Positions 14,089 to 27,779 of a DNA stretch of 64,000 bases are shown one piece after another. The stretch lies in NCBI RefSeq assembly GCF_006345805.1, contig NC_043008.1, positions 17,484,001 to 17,548,000 of the forward strand, written 5' to 3'. The notes beneath the pieces were generated by a model. The model saw only the letters and a program-made list of their open reading frames with translations. It was not told the origin of the DNA and made no database searches. Every line of letters begins with the position of its first letter. Position 1 is the first letter of the stretch. Source of the stretch: Octopus sinensis. Taxonomy: Eukaryota. Position numbers and translations under genes: made by a program.

Positions 14089-14209
14089 TATTAGTGATGA
14101 TAATAATAATTATGAAAGTAAGCAGTTGGAATCTCCCTATGCTATGATCTAGTGATGGTGTCACAATAAAAACAATGATAATTGCGCAGCCTGATAATCG
14201 CTACCTCAT

Positions 14210-14385
14210 ATGTGTGACTACGCACTGATATGTAGCTCCCAGGAATAAGACCTAAGAGCTATTTACACCAAGTTTCAAATAGATAAGAACAGTGAATACT
14301 CCCTTTGTTTGATGTGTGGCAGCAAAAATGAAACAATTTCACATATTTTGAGTGAGTGTAGCAAGCTGGCCCAAATGCATATTTG
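14210..14385 (+). pseudogene. Dong/R4-like LINE zinc-finger region fragment
   Basis: SQE*DLRAIYTKFQIDKNSE...CLMCGSKNETISHILSECSKLAQ matches the CCHC region preceding the RLE domain. Confidence 0.7.
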
Positions 14386-14427
14386 GACAGAAAACAGTGC
14401 AATACATTTTAAAGAAATAAGTAGTAT

Positions 14428-14599
14428 AGGCGCAGGTGTGGCTGTGTGGTAAGTAGCTTGTTTACCAACAACATGGTTCCGGGTTCAGTCCCACTGCGTG
14501 GCACCTTGGGCAAGTGTCTTCTACTATAGCCTCGGGCCGACCAAAGCCCTGTGAGTGGATTTAGTAGATGGAAACTGCAAGAAACCCGTCGTATATATG

Positions 14600-14630
<31 letters not shown>

Positions 14631-14844
14631 TTGTGTGTCTGTGTTTGTCCCCCTAGCATTGCTTGACAACCGATGCTGGTGTGTTTATGTTCCCGTCAAC
14701 TAGCGGTTCGGCAAAAGAGACCGATAGAATAAGTAATGGGCTTACAAAGAATAAGTGCTGGGATCGAGTTGCTCGATTAAAGGCGGTGCTCCAGCATGGT
14801 CGCAGTCAAATGACTGAAACAAGTAAAAGAGTAAAAGAGAGTAT
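14428..14844 (+). mobile_element. SINE family 3, full length
   Basis: aggcgcaggtgtggctgtgtggtaagtagc...gtaaaagagtaaaagagagta. Confidence 0.9.
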
Positions 14845-15337
14845 ATTGTTTTTGAGTACGTTTGCCGTTAATCTGTTTTAACAGTAAGCCGAGCCTGACT
14901 GACCAACCGTATAATCTAAATCGTTCACTCGTGACTACTTCATATTTTTGCATATCTGTGATCATTATATTCATTGTGGTCATTGGTAGGAAATACATTT
15001 TGGTAGCAAGTCAAGTGATGGCTTATAAACGTTATTGTTGGTGTAATTAGTTTAACGCGAGAATGACGTCTGCACACTAACTGGCGGGTCAATGCAGATC
15101 AAAAGAATTGACCGATAATCTGTGATGAGTGTTTGAGTACTGCAGCTAATCTGAAGTGTCATTGAAGGTGCTAAAATGCAAATACGTTTTAAGTGAAAAG
15201 AAAAAAAAAATTACTGGTTAATGTTAAATAAATCTAAGAGTTGATCTGCCTGAAAAACACTAGTGCAATTAGCATAATTATACCATTGTCATTAGGCTAT
15301 TAATGAAATTATAATAATATAAAATATTTCTTCTCGA

Positions 15338-15557
15338 GCCATGCTAGGCTCATAAGGGCCGGTTTCCCGGTTTCCCCCACCTGGACAGGACGCCGGTCCG
15401 TCGCCGGATTACTCATTTTTGCCTGCTGAGTGAACTGGAGCAACGTGAAATGAAGTGTTTTGCTCAGGAACACAACGCATCACCCGGTCCAGGAATCGAA
15501 TCCATAACCTTACGATCTTGAGTTCAACACCCTAACCACTAAGCCACGCGCCTCCAC
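15338..15557 (-). mobile_element. SINE family 2 (tRNA-like head ggaggcgcgtggcttagtggttag...ttcgattcc)
   Basis: A-box/B-box-like head; tail shared with copies at 15789, 17963, 32812 and 37325. Confidence 0.85.
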
Positions 15558-15788
15558 ATTAATGAAATTAGTGTAAAGAATTTAATGAAGCGAACAATGT
15601 ATATCTAACTTTCTATAATTCTACTGTGGATAAAAACCTTATTAAGCCAATGAGCGTACAAGATTGTATACAGGTGATCATAAAGATATAAAAATTCCTA
15701 GATGAATTTTCCCGCCGATATTTCATTTTGTATAGAGAGTTCTGCATATTGCTCAGTATTTCAATTGGTCAGAAGCATGTCTGTAATT

Positions 15789-16085
15789 GGAGGCGAAATG
15801 GCCCAGTGGTTAGGGAAGCGAACTCACAGTCGGAGGATCGTGGTTTCGATTCCCAGACCGAGCGTTGTGTGTGTTTACTAAGCGAAAACACCTAAAGCTC
15901 TACAAGACTCCGGCAGGGGCTAGTGGCGACCCCTGTTCTACTCTTTCGCCCCAACATTCTCTCCCTGTTTCTTCAGTAACGCTGCGATGGACTGCCGTCC
16001 CGTCCAGCTGGGAGGGAACACCTACGCCATAGAAACCGGGAAGCCGGGCCCATGAGCCTGGCTATGCTTGAAAAGGGCGCATAAA
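15789..16085 (+). mobile_element. SINE family 2, full length
   Basis: ggaggcgaaatggcccagtggttagg...ttcgattccc...gggcccatgagcctggctatgcttgaaaagggcgc. Confidence 0.9.
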
Positions 16086-16512
16086 TAAATAAAATAATGT
16101 TTGTAATTATTTCCTGTTTTGGGCGAAATGATTTTAAACAAATTTTGTTTGTCTTCACCGCATAGTTATTTGCAGATTGCTTTAAGACTTTCCAGCATAA
16201 GAAACACAATGCTCAACATTATAACTAACTTAACGATTTTTAATTTTAAACTACATTTGCTTACTTCAGAAATGTCTGCTAAAACGTTCTAAGTTAATGC
16301 AGTCGTTTGTAATAAGCAACTGAATTTGCATTCAAGTATTCGATTAGCAAACTCACTAATTACACATACTAAAATCTAACAACCATGTGATTGACGGAGT
16401 ACAAGATTTAACAAATACAGACGCATAGAATTAATTCGGTTCACAACCCGACTCAATAGCGGCAGTAACATTACTGCTGCTACACGGATTTTAGTATCAG
16501 CAGAAGTAGTTT

Positions 16513-17090
16513 CAGGCGGCGAGCTGGCAGAAACGTTAGCACACCGGGCGAAGTGCTTAGCGGTATTCGGTCTGCCGCTGCGTTCTGAGTTCAAATTCCG
16601 CCGAGGTCGACTTTGCCTTTCATCCTTTCGGGGTCGATAAATTAAGTACCAGTTACGCACTGGGGTCGATACAATTGACTTAATCCGTTTTTCTGTCCTT
16701 GTTTGTCCCCTCTATGTGTAGCCCCTTGTGGGCAGTAAAGAAATAAGTATTTCGTCTGTATTTACGTTCTGAGATCAATCCGCCGAGGTCGACTTTGCCT
16801 TTCATCCTTTCGGGGTCGATTAAATAAGTACCAGTCACGCACTGGTGTCAATATAATCGACTTAATCCGTTTGTCTGTCCTCTCTGTGTTTAGCCTATTG
16901 TGGGTTGTAAAGAAATAGGTATTTCGTCTGTATTTACGTTCTGAGTTCAAATTCCGCTGAGGTCGACTTTGCTTTTCATTCTTTCGGGTTCGATAAATTC
17001 AGTAGCAGTTGAGTACTGGGGTCGATCTAATCGACTGGCCCCCTCCCCTAAAAATTTCAGGCTTTGTGCCTAGAGTAGAAAAGCAACATT
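16513..17090 (+). mobile_element. Tandem SINE family 1 trimer: head-body-tailA | body-tailA | body-tailB
   Basis: Junctions aaagaaata|agtatttcgtctg (16745/16746) and aaagaaata|ggtatttcgtctg (16917/16918); the last unit ends in a different tail (cccctaaaaatttcaggctttgtgcctagagtagaaaag). Confidence 0.9.
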
Positions 17091-17134
17091 ACTTCTACTA
17101 CACGGATTTCAGTATTAGCGAAGTTGTTTCAGGC

Positions 17135-17810
17135 ATTGATCTGGTAGAATGGTTAGCACGCCGGGCAAAATTCTTGGCGGCATTTCGTCTGCCTTTACGT
17201 TTTGAGTTCAAATTCCGGTGCAGTCGACATCACCTTTTATCCTTCCGGGCTCGATGAAATAAGTACGTCTTGGGCCGGGTTAGATGTAATCGACTTAATC
17301 CTCGCCAGATATTGCTGGCCTTTTACCAAAATTTTAAATCAATATCAGTGTAAGTAATTAAAGGCGACGTACTGGCAGAATCGTTAGAACATCGGTTTAA
17401 ATACTTAGCAGCATATCGTCCCTCCTAACGTTTTGAGTTCAATTTCCGCCGGGGTCGATTTTTGTCCTTCATTCTTTCGGAATCGATGAAATAAGTACCA
17501 GTTGAATACTGGCGTCAATATAATCGACAAAAAGTTTCCCGGAAATTGCTGACCCTGTGCCAAAATTTGAAATCAGTATTAGTAACAAGCAGTTTCAGGC
17601 GGTGAACTAGCTGAATCGGGTAAAATGCTTAGTGGCGATTTGTCCGTGGCTATTTGTACGTTCTGAGTTCAAATATCACCTTGGTCGATTTTGACTTTCA
17701 CTCTTTTGAGGTCAACAAAATAAGTACCAGTTGAACACTGGGATCAGTTTGGTCATCTTAGCCCCTTTACAGAATGTTCAGGCCTTGTGCCAGAATTCGA
17801 AAACATTACT
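17135..17810 (+). mobile_element. Three further degenerate SINE family 1 (tail B) copies, same orientation
   Basis: Repeated ggcagaa..gttag, gagttcaa, gtcga...aaataagtacc and ccttgtgccaaaattt motifs. Confidence 0.75.
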
Positions 17811-17962
17811 AGTTCAAGTAGTATGTCTTACCTGGTATAGAGAATGTTTCATAACGTAAATTTATGGCAGAGAAATATTGTAGATGCAAACATACTATAG
17901 TGTTTAACACCCACAATCAACACCCGCATTTGTATATATTACATGTGTATATTGTACAGAGT

Positions 17963-18243
17963 GGAGGCACATGGCCAAGTGGTTAGAGCAGCCGACTCGC
18001 GGTCGAGGGATCGCAGGTTCGAATCTCAGATCGGGTGATGTTCGTGTGTTTATGAGCGAAACACCTAAGCTCCACGTGGCTCCGGCAGAAGGTAATGGCG
18101 AATTTCTGCTGACACTTTCGCCTCAACTTTCTCTCACTCTTTCCTCTTGCAGCTCACCTGCGACGGACTGGCGTCCCGTCCAGGTGGGGAACCTATACGC
18201 CAAGGAAACCGGGAAACCGGCCGTCATGAGCCAGGCGTGGCTC
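17963..18243 (+). mobile_element. SINE family 2
   Basis: ggaggcacatggccaagtggttagagcagccgactcgcggtcg...gttcgaatctc; family tail. Confidence 0.85.
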
Positions 18244-18832
18244 CAGAATGAACACAACATATTGTATAGAAAGTATGACTTTTCTCGCTAGTTGTGATTT
18301 ACCAAAAGTTTGTCGCAATTTTTTTTGTAAATTCCTTATAGTTTGCTTGAAACTGAATTCCCTATATTCATCACCGACGGCACTAGGTCAACACGATTTC
18401 AACTCCTATATAAAATAAAGGTGGCATGTATTATTTTCGTTATATATCATGAATATCAGAAGGCCAGCGTGATCAACGTAAGCTGCAGCGTTAATATTAG
18501 ATTTTACGTTAGATTCACGCGTCAATAGCGTGGAACATATTTTTGTTTATGATTACAAAATTATGTTTCCGTTTGTGTGTGTATATGTGTGTGTGGGTTC
18601 CTAGATCTATGCATCTGTATATGTGCGTGTGTAAAAACATGTGTGTTTATTTTAACAATGTGCAGTGATCTGATTATTGCTTCAAACGTTCATCTTAAAT
18701 TGTTCATGCGAAGCTATTCATAATCATTAGAAGTACTTTTTGCTAATTTCCTTTTATGATGTATGAGTGTCGGACGAAACACATTATTGTTTTTATTACA
18801 GGAACTTTATCTTCTGTGTTTATATACGCTTA

Positions 18833-18883
<51 letters not shown>

Positions 18884-18929
18884 CAAATAAAAGAGAAAAG
18901 AATTTATATATCTCTATTTATATATCTCT

Positions 18930-19605
18930 TTTACTCTTTTACTTGTTTCAGTCATTTAACTGTGGCCATGCTGGAGCACCGCCTTTAGTCGAGCAAATCG
19001 AGCCCAGGATTTATTCTTTGTAAGCCTGATATTTATTCTATCGGTCTCTTTTGTCGAACCTCTAAGTTAAGGGGAAGTAAACACACCAGCATCGGTGTGG
19101 TTGGCCCGAGGCTATAGTAGAAGGTGCCACGTAGTGGGACTGAACCCGGAACCATGTGGTTCATAAGCAAGATATTTACAACACAGCCACTCCTACGCCT
19201 ATAATATAATTTTAATTTTTTTTATCCTTTTACTTGTTTCAGCCATTTGAGTGCGGCTATGCTGGAGCACCGCCTTGAAGGAATTTAATAGAACAAATCG
19301 ACACCAGGACTTACTTGTTTTAAGCATAGAACTTATTCTATAGTTTATTGTGCTGAAACGCTAAGTGGGGGGCGTAAACACACGAACACAGGTTGTCAAG
19401 CAATGATGGGGGAGACGAACACAAAGACGCATACACACACACATATACGACAGGCTTCTTTTAGTTTCTTTCTATCAAATCCACTCACAAGTATTTGGTC
19501 GTCTCGAGGCTATAGTGCAATACACTTGACGAAGATGTCAAACTGTGGGATTGAACCGAGAAACAAGTGGTTCAAAAGCAAGCTCCTTATCACACGACCC
19601 ACCTC
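18930..19605 (-). mobile_element. Two adjacent SINE family 3 copies (one internally deleted)
   Basis: Two cttgtttcag(t/c)catttgactg tails and two heads. Confidence 0.75.
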
Positions 19606-21346
19606 GTATATATATGTGTGTGTGTGTGTGTGAAGGCGAGTAGCTTAGTGGTTAGTGCATTTGGCTCACGATCGTATGGTCGTTAGTTCAATTATCGGCG
19701 GCACGTAGTGTCCTTGAGCAATATACTTTATTTCACGTTGCTCCAATCATCTCAGAAGACAAAAATGAGTAATACCTGTACTTCAAATATATATATATAT
19801 TATATATATATATATAAACATATACATATACATAATTATATATGTATGTATGTATATGTGTATATATGTATGTTTGTATGTATGTATGTATATATGTATG
19901 TATGTACGTATGTATGTATTTATTTACGTACGTACGTACATATATTAATTAGTGGCACACTAATCAGTGTTGAATGAAATACGGGCAAGTGAGCGTATTT
20001 ATGTATAGATTTTGTGTGTATGTGAAAGAGAGAAAGTGAGACTGGGAGAGGGAGAGAATGATACTTAGAGAAAAGTGTGAATGATTGTATTTGAAAGCAT
20101 TATTCCGTTCAGTGCTTCCACTACTTCGCAATTATTTACACAATATCAACGATTTCCTAAAACATAATCAAAATATTGTTTATATGAATACAAGTTATAT
20201 GTAGCTGTCATAATTTGAATACGCATTTTAAATTTGTACAAGTATATCTTTTTGGGGTTTTTTATATATTATTTTACTCACCATTATATATATAGAAAAA
20301 TCTTAGAACTGCAAAAAAAAAAAAAAAAAAAAAAAAAAACCAGAAAAAAAAAATGCGCCATTTTCAGTCGACAGGATAGCCAGCTTTTCAGCCACTTCCT
20401 AGCGATAAAATTGGTCAATGACTGAAGATGAACTGTCATCTTTAGAACTTTTATTAACTGTGATAAATTAATTTCAGTCATTGCACCTGATAGCATACAC
20501 ATCTTTCTCTTGATAAACGCCGCTTCCGAAAACAGCAACTACCGCCTGTGTTGTCATTTATTCAGAGCGATTATAATTCATAATAACATTACTATAGAAC
20601 TATTGTCTTCCAATCTTTCGAAATCATCTCCAGGGTCCATTTATCTCTCGAACATAATCTATCAATGAGCATTGCGGATAATTCTAAAAAGCTATTAGGA
20701 GAGTAATAGAGCAACATTCCTGAGATTCACAAGGGAATATCTCAAATGACCTACAGTAGGCAGTTCACTCAGGATTAATGATATTTTCAGTGACATTAGT
20801 CATTGGTTACGATCAATAAAAGAAAATTCTTCATGATATCTATGGATACTATTTACTTAGGTGTGTGTGCATATGTGTGTATGATACAAAAATACTAGCT
20901 CTCTTCGAGTGTGTGTTGTTTACATTTTTCCGCTGTATTCTCTACATTACAAATAAATGATATTGCATAATATTTTGAGGAAGGGTCGTCTTTATACAAG
21001 GTAAAGAAATAAAGCTAAGGTTATCACGGTAGAAAGGAATTAAATTAGTGGAAAACGGATCCGTGTGGTTCGAATCTTGTATGAATTAATATATTTTGAA
21101 CTCCATTATTAAATAATCACAAAGGTGGGGAGATTGTAGAAACTTCAATTCGCTGTAAATCATGCTTAGCGGCATTTCATCCGTCTTTATATTGAGATAA
21201 AATTTCGCCGGTCGACTTCGCCTTTCATACTCTAATCGGGGTCGATAAAGAACAAAAAAAATTACGGTTGAACACTGGAGTTAATGTACTCGACCATGCC
21301 TTCCCCCAATTTCAGTCCTGGCACCTATCGTACAATCTCTTGTACC

Positions 21347-21546
21347 CTCTTTTACTTGTTTCAGAGATTTCACTGCGGCCATGTTGGAGCAACGCCTTTA
21401 GTCGAGCAAATCGACTCCAGGTCTTATTCTTTGGAAGCCTAGTACTTATTGTATCGTTCACTTTTGACGAAAAGCTGAGATACGGGGACGTAAACATACC
21501 AGCATCGGTTGTCAAGTGATGTTGGGGAACAAAGAGAGACTCATAA

Positions 21547-21629
<83 letters not shown>

Positions 21630-21800
21630 CATATATACGACTGGCTTCTTTCAGTTTCCATCTACCAAATCCACTCATACGGCTTTAGGTAGCCCGAGAC
21701 TATAGTAGAAGACACTTTCTCAACGTGCCACGCTGTGGGAATGAACCAAGAACAATGTTGTTGGTAACCAAGCTACTTACCACACAGCCACTCCTGCACC
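21347..21800 (-). mobile_element. SINE family 3 with expanded (CA)n(TA)n
   Basis: Family head, core and tail motifs. Confidence 0.85.
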
Positions 21801-22611
21801 AAATGATTATTAGATAACCACTAAGGTGCAGAGCTGATAGAATCGTTAGCACGCTGACAAAATGCTTACCGGCATTTCGTTCGGCTTTGCCTTCTGAGTT
21901 CAAATTCCACGGGGGTCAGCATTGTCTTTCATCCTATAATCCGGGTCGATAAAATAAGTGGTGGTTGAGCGCTAATCCGCCTCTTCTCTTTACTGGCCTT
22001 TTGCGACAATTTGAAACCATTATAAAATTAATACACTCCTCATTTTTTTTTGCAAAAAATATGTCATCGGCTTCATAAGTATGGTTACGAAGTATCTATA
22101 AACAAAATCGGTTTTGATATCTAGTACTAAAACTTATTGAAATTTCCTTAAAGATCATAGTACCCACAAAATATAAAACAATGAAACAATTTCTAAAATG
22201 TTGAATAGATGATATCAGGAATTGTAAGTATGTGAAAGGTGAAGAATGTGAAATATAATTCTTATTACCTTTCAAGCGTTCCTAAATAGCATAAACTCTA
22301 AGGCCTATTTAACACTCTTAACAGGAATTATTACCTGAGAAGGTCAATTGAACGGATTTGAATATGTTATTCAGCGCCATGTTGGCAGTAATTCAGGAAG
22401 GTAATTGTTCGGTACTGACTTTCTAAATTTGCAATGGTGATGATACTCGTGAATATAGTTGTACTGATGTTCACAAAAATCAAGAGTCATTAGCTAAATA
22501 GTTCTATAGTGATGTAATAATTTGAAATAGCTTTCCGGCCTTGATTCTTTTAATAACACAATTGGGGAAGAAGTGTGAGAAGCTTCGCAATGAATTATAT
22601 ATTTATGTATA

Positions 22612-22965
22612 TAGGCGCAGGAGTGGCTGTGTGGTAAGTAGCTTAATTACCAACCACATGGTTCCGGGTTCAGTCCCACTGCGTGGCACCTTGGGCAAGT
22701 GTCTTCTACTATAGTCACGGGCCAACCAAATCCTTGTGAGTGGATTTGGTAGACGGAAACTGAAAAAAGCTCGTCGTATATATGTATATATATATATATG
22801 TATGTGTGTGTATATGTTTATGTGTCTGTGTTTGTCCCCTAACATCGCTTGATGTTGGTGTGTTTACGTCCCCGTAACTTAGCGGTTCGGCAAAAAGAGA
22901 CCGATAGAATAAGTACTAGGCTTACAAAGAATAAGTCGTGGGGTCGATTTGCTCGACTAAAAGCA
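22612..22965 (+). mobile_element. SINE family 3, 3'-interrupted
   Basis: Family head and core; ends at ctcgactaaaagcagtg. Confidence 0.85.
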
Positions 22966-23079
22966 GTGTCGCGTCATAATTTAGTCGATATTAATCAAAC
23001 TGGATCCAGACATACCAACATCAGAATTAAGGACAGCAGCAACAACAACAGCAACATCAATAAGAACAACAATTACGGA

Positions 23080-24030
23080 AATAGTACGGTACAAATGAAC
23101 CATTTCCTCTACATGGATGATCTGAAGCTTTTTAGTATGAATAAAAAAGAGATAGTATTCATTAATACGGACTGTATGACTCTTCGGCAAACATATAGGC
23201 ATAGAATTTGGCATAGATAAGTATGTAATATTAGTCATGGGAAAGGGACAGGTAGTCTACAGTGAAGACATCCAATTACCAGATGGCCAGACATTAGAAT
23301 CATTGAAAGGAGGAGAGGGTTATAAGTACCTAGGAGTATTAGAATCTGATAGGGTACTAACTAAAGAAATGAGAACGAAAATTGAGAAGGAGCACATCAG
23401 AAGGGCGATGAAGCTAATTAAGTCAAAGTGAAATGGTCCGAATCTAGTGAAGGCTGTAAATACTTGGGCATTTTCATTACTTAGATAGCAGCTTTTGTAA
23501 ATTAGGCAAAAGCTGATTTAGCAAAGCTAGACAAAAGAACTGGGAGGGAATTCAATATGAATGGATGACTCCAACAAAGGACAGGAATAGCAATATTATA
23601 TCTACCTAGAAAGTAAGGCGGAAGTGAGCTAATATCAGTAGAAAACTGCGTGGAGTAAGCTAGAGTAGATATAGACTCCTATGTTGGTAATAAGGACGCA
23701 AATATATTAAAAGCTGCTAGAATCACAGCAAGACAAAGGGAAACCAAAACCCCAAACAGACTTAAAAACCAGAAACAGAACAGAAATGATCTAACTGGCT
23801 GGAGAAGGTGTTACATGGTAGATTCTTAAACTTAGTTGCAGAAAATAGTAGTAGGGAGACGGAGTTAGGGTTGCAGAAAGGAAACCTAATTTATTGTAGC
23901 TGCAGAAAACATTGTTATTAGGGAGAGCTAAGATACTTAGGAGGGTTCTTGGCATCTAAGGTTACTTGTTGTAGCCCGATCTTAAGATTTTTTTCTTTTC
24001 CACCAGTCTAGTCTTTTGAGTGGATATGAA

Positions 24031-24063
<33 letters not shown>

Positions 24064-24071
24064 AATAATAA

Positions 24072-24107
<36 letters not shown>

Positions 24108-24600
24108 TAATAATAACAACCTGAAGGCATCCTCGGAAATGATAATGCAAAGATCTTATGAGATTTTATGATTCACTGCGTCCATGAGATAGAGAATATG
24201 AAACCAGATATAATGTTAATTGAGGAAGAAAGCAAACTGTGCTGGATCAGAGATATTGCATGCCCAGCTGACAACAAGGCTTGCGATAAGGAAGAAAGAA
24301 AAGTCAATAGATATGACAGGTTAGCTTGAGAGGTTAAGCTGTTGTGGTCGATGAAAACGGTGGTAGTAGTACCAATAATTGTCGGAGCTCTGGGAACAGT
24401 TAGTAAAAATTTTGAGAAATACTTGGAAAAAATAGGGGCTGCAATAATAGTGGAGTACTTGCAGGAAACAGCACTGCTTGGAACCGTTCGAATACTCCTG
24501 ATGGTGCTTGAAAATAAGGGTGAGGCACCTTAGTTCACTGGTAATGAACAGCTGACACCGTAGTACAGGACCAGCGTTAGAAGCTGTGCAAAGCCGAGAA
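23080..24600 (+). pseudogene. Degraded Dong/R4-clade non-LTR retrotransposon (RT + RLE), fragmented
   Basis: MNHFLYMDDLKLF (RT YMDD), GYKYLGVLE, PDIMLIEEE...DIACPAD (PD-D RLE motif), VVPIIVGALGTV...ALLGTVRIL; a second R4-type end (GRAKILRRVLGI*) lies at ~23920-24030; followed by (GAA)n. Confidence 0.85.
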
Positions 24601-24832
24601 GAAGAAGAAGAAGAAGAAGAAGAAGAAGAAGGAGGAGGAGGAGGAGCAACAGACGAAGAAGAAGAAGATGATGATGATGATGAAGGAGGAGAAGAAGAAG
24701 ATGAAGATGATGATGATGATGATAAAGAAGAAGATGAAGATGATGATGATGATAAAGAAGAAGATGAAGAATAAGAAGAAGAAGAAGAACAACAACAACA
24801 ACAACAACAAGAAGAACAACAACAACAACAAC

Positions 24833-24887
<55 letters not shown>

Positions 24888-24900
24888 GAAGAAGAAGAAT
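24598..24900. repeat. Compound (GAA)n/(GAT)n/(CAA)n trinucleotide repeat
   Basis: Direct reading. Confidence 0.95.
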
Positions 24901-25188
24901 GACGCCGACGAATATTTTACAAGTTGATAATAAGTTCCTCCCTCTGTCTGAAAAGTAGGCATTTGACGTAAGTTATATTATCATATCACAAAAATTACAG
25001 AATACATTGCTCAAAATCTACTCAAGATTATTTTTCAGAATTGCTCTTCTACCTACGTATTTCGTGTTAAATCTGTGCGTAATTTATGAGAAATGTTTAC
25101 TAAAATATTTTACTGCGTGATGTGAGTATTTGTAAAAAACTTTTTTCGGATATATATTTATCCGCAAGTTTTAATCATTCCGAAGGCA

Positions 25189-25570
25189 TCTCTTTCTATA
25201 TAAACGGCAGTTTGTCTGTGCGTTTTCTGTGTGTCTGTCAGATTGTACCCTCACCCTGACCACGGCTTTCAACCGATTCTGATGAAACTTGACACACACA
25301 TAGCCCAATGTCATAATTCAAAACTAACGCAGCGAAAATTTTGAAAAGTTCCCCCAGTTCTGAAAAAAATCGATAAATTCGACATGGGGTCGAGAATCAG
25401 AAACACAAACCGCAAACTGTCTAGGAGACGCAACTCCACCTTTTTTAACTAAAAAAAAAATTTACCATCATTTTTTTCCATTTTTTTGCTATTTTTGGGC
25501 TATAACTCTCTAAAAATGCTTTATAGTTATTTCCCTTACAAACCTGAGCAACGCCGGGCGATACTGCTAG
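25189..25570 (+). mobile_element. Non-autonomous Helitron
   Basis: A|TC start, subterminal GC hairpin-like cctgagcaacgccggg and terminal CTAG|T; second copy inverted at 35258-35620. Confidence 0.8.
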
Positions 25571-26423
25571 TCTCTTATAACTGAAATCGTCTCTCCATTC
25601 ATTCAACACATCTGAGTTATCTTTTTTTCCATATGTTTTACATTTCTGTAATTTCTTTTCTCTTCCTCTGGAGATGATTTATCGTTTGTGGTGATTGAGT
25701 GCTCGAATATGAAGTCCATATCTGACAGTTATTTATAACAATATCCGGTCAATTAACTTTAAACTATATGTGAGGATTTACGTATCCCTTAGCGTGATCA
25801 TCATAGCTAGGAAAGCTTTTTAGTGTAAGAGTACACATTCACCTTTATGATACCAATTCGTGAGGTTTTTGTAAATGAATTCGCTCTGAGCTCGAGAGAG
25901 GCACCAGAGACCATGTACTAAATTGCCTTATCCCAACTGATAGAGACTTGACAATTTCCATTGCATTGTTCTTCATTTTTAAAGTGGTTTGTGATGGGAA
26001 GTTTTTTATGATCTGCTGCGATGAATAATTTTTCAGTTAAGCTTCATGTTCGTATCAGCTAATGATACAATTTACCTTAACTTCTTACCGCCATGTTAAG
26101 TTATTTCCAGCTATTGTCCATCATTTCTGGCGCATAACTTATGATAGTTCATGTTCAAAATATGGTTAATTACATTCTTATAGCATTTATATCCGCGTTG
26201 AGTTTTGTTTAACATAATGGATATGTGTTTAATTGTCATAATTCCAATTTTCTATGTATCTGTAGAATAGTGTGTTATCGCCTCATGGTTAATGTATCCA
26301 GGATCTACGTGTGGAAAGTATGGTTAAAATTATTCTAGCAGTCAATCCATGCTTTGCTGAAAACACTTTACTTCTGCAGCTTTATATATTGTTGGTAACT
26401 GCATATTTTTCCCACAATGATAA

Positions 26424-26574
26424 GCGTAAGAGTGGCTGTGTGGCAAGTAACTTGCTTACCAACCACATGGTTCCGTGTTCAGTTCCACATTGGGAAGATG
26501 TCTTCTACTATAGCCTCGGGCCGACCAAAACCTAGTGAGTGGATTTGGTAGACGGAAACTGAAAGAAGCCAGTC

Positions 26575-26645
<71 letters not shown>

Positions 26646-26853
26646 TTTGTGTTTGTCCCCGCAACATCACTTGACAACCGATGCTGGTGTGTTTACGTCC
26701 CCGTAACTTAGCGGTTCGGCAAAAGTGACCGATAGAATAAGTACTATGCTTACAAATAATAAGTCCTGGGGTCGACTTGCTCGACTAAATACGGTGCTCC
26801 AGCATGGCCACGGTCAAATGATTGATACAAATAAAAGAGTAAAAGAGTAAAAG
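26424..26853 (+). mobile_element. SINE family 3
   Basis: Family head, core and gtaaaagagtaaaaga tail. Confidence 0.85.
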
Positions 26854-27186
26854 AACGATATTAACGGAGTTCAGTATCAGCAAGTTGTCGGGCATAGCTC
26901 ATTTTATGGTGTGTTACTTTAAACAAGTTAGAAATTGCGATGGACTCTTCCCATAATACTGGAGCCAGACGTTTTGTTCGCTGCGCTCAATGTCTTATTA
27001 TATAAACCTGTTAAATATTTTAACCAGGCGTTTCGGTGTTTATCGTATTCTAACGCTATCCTGTTACTTGTTTTCTGTAGTATCTTGGTTACTCTTACTC
27101 TTTTTACTCTCTTACTTGTTTCAGTCATTTGACTGCGGTCATGCTGGAGCACCACCATTAGTCGAGCAAATCTACCCAAGGACTTA

Positions 27187-27240
<54 letters not shown>

Positions 27241-27321
27241 TTAGCCAAAACTCATATCGGATTAGAGGGAATATAAACAACAACGAACAGCAGTAAAAAA
27301 AATGAAAATAATATCAGTGAT

Positions 27322-27529
27322 ACTCTCTTTACTCTTTTACCTGTTTCAGTCAATTGACTGTGGCCATGCTGGAGCATCACCTTTAGTCGAGCAAGTCCAC
27401 CCCAGGACTTATTCTTTGGAAGCCTAGTACTTATTCTATCGGTCTCTTTTGCCGAACCACTACGTTATGGTGACGTAAACACGCCAGCATCAGTTGACAA
27501 GCGATGTTGGGGGGGGGGGGGGGGCAAAT

Positions 27530-27574
<45 letters not shown>

Positions 27575-27745
27575 CGACGGGCTTCTTTCAGTTTCCGTCT
27601 ACCAAATCCACTCACAAGGCTTTGGTCGGCCCGTGGCTATAGTAGAAGACACTTGCCCAATGTGTCACGCATTGGGAATGAACCCGGAACCATGTGGTCG
27701 GTGTTTGGTATGCAAGCTCCTTACCACACAGCCACTCCTGCGCCT
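27322..27745 (-). mobile_element. SINE family 3
   Basis: Family motifs. Confidence 0.85.
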
Positions 27746-27779
27746 GGCTTTTTTCTTTTTTTTTTTTTTTTTTGCTATT

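Noticed and set aside
15789-15870. tRNA-like sequences at SINE heads (also 17963, 32812, 42193)
   Set aside because: They continue into SINE bodies and lack a complete acceptor stem; not tRNA genes.
16513-17090. Regularly repeated units as a CRISPR array
   Set aside because: Eukaryotic context, 170-230 bp SINE units, no unique spacers.
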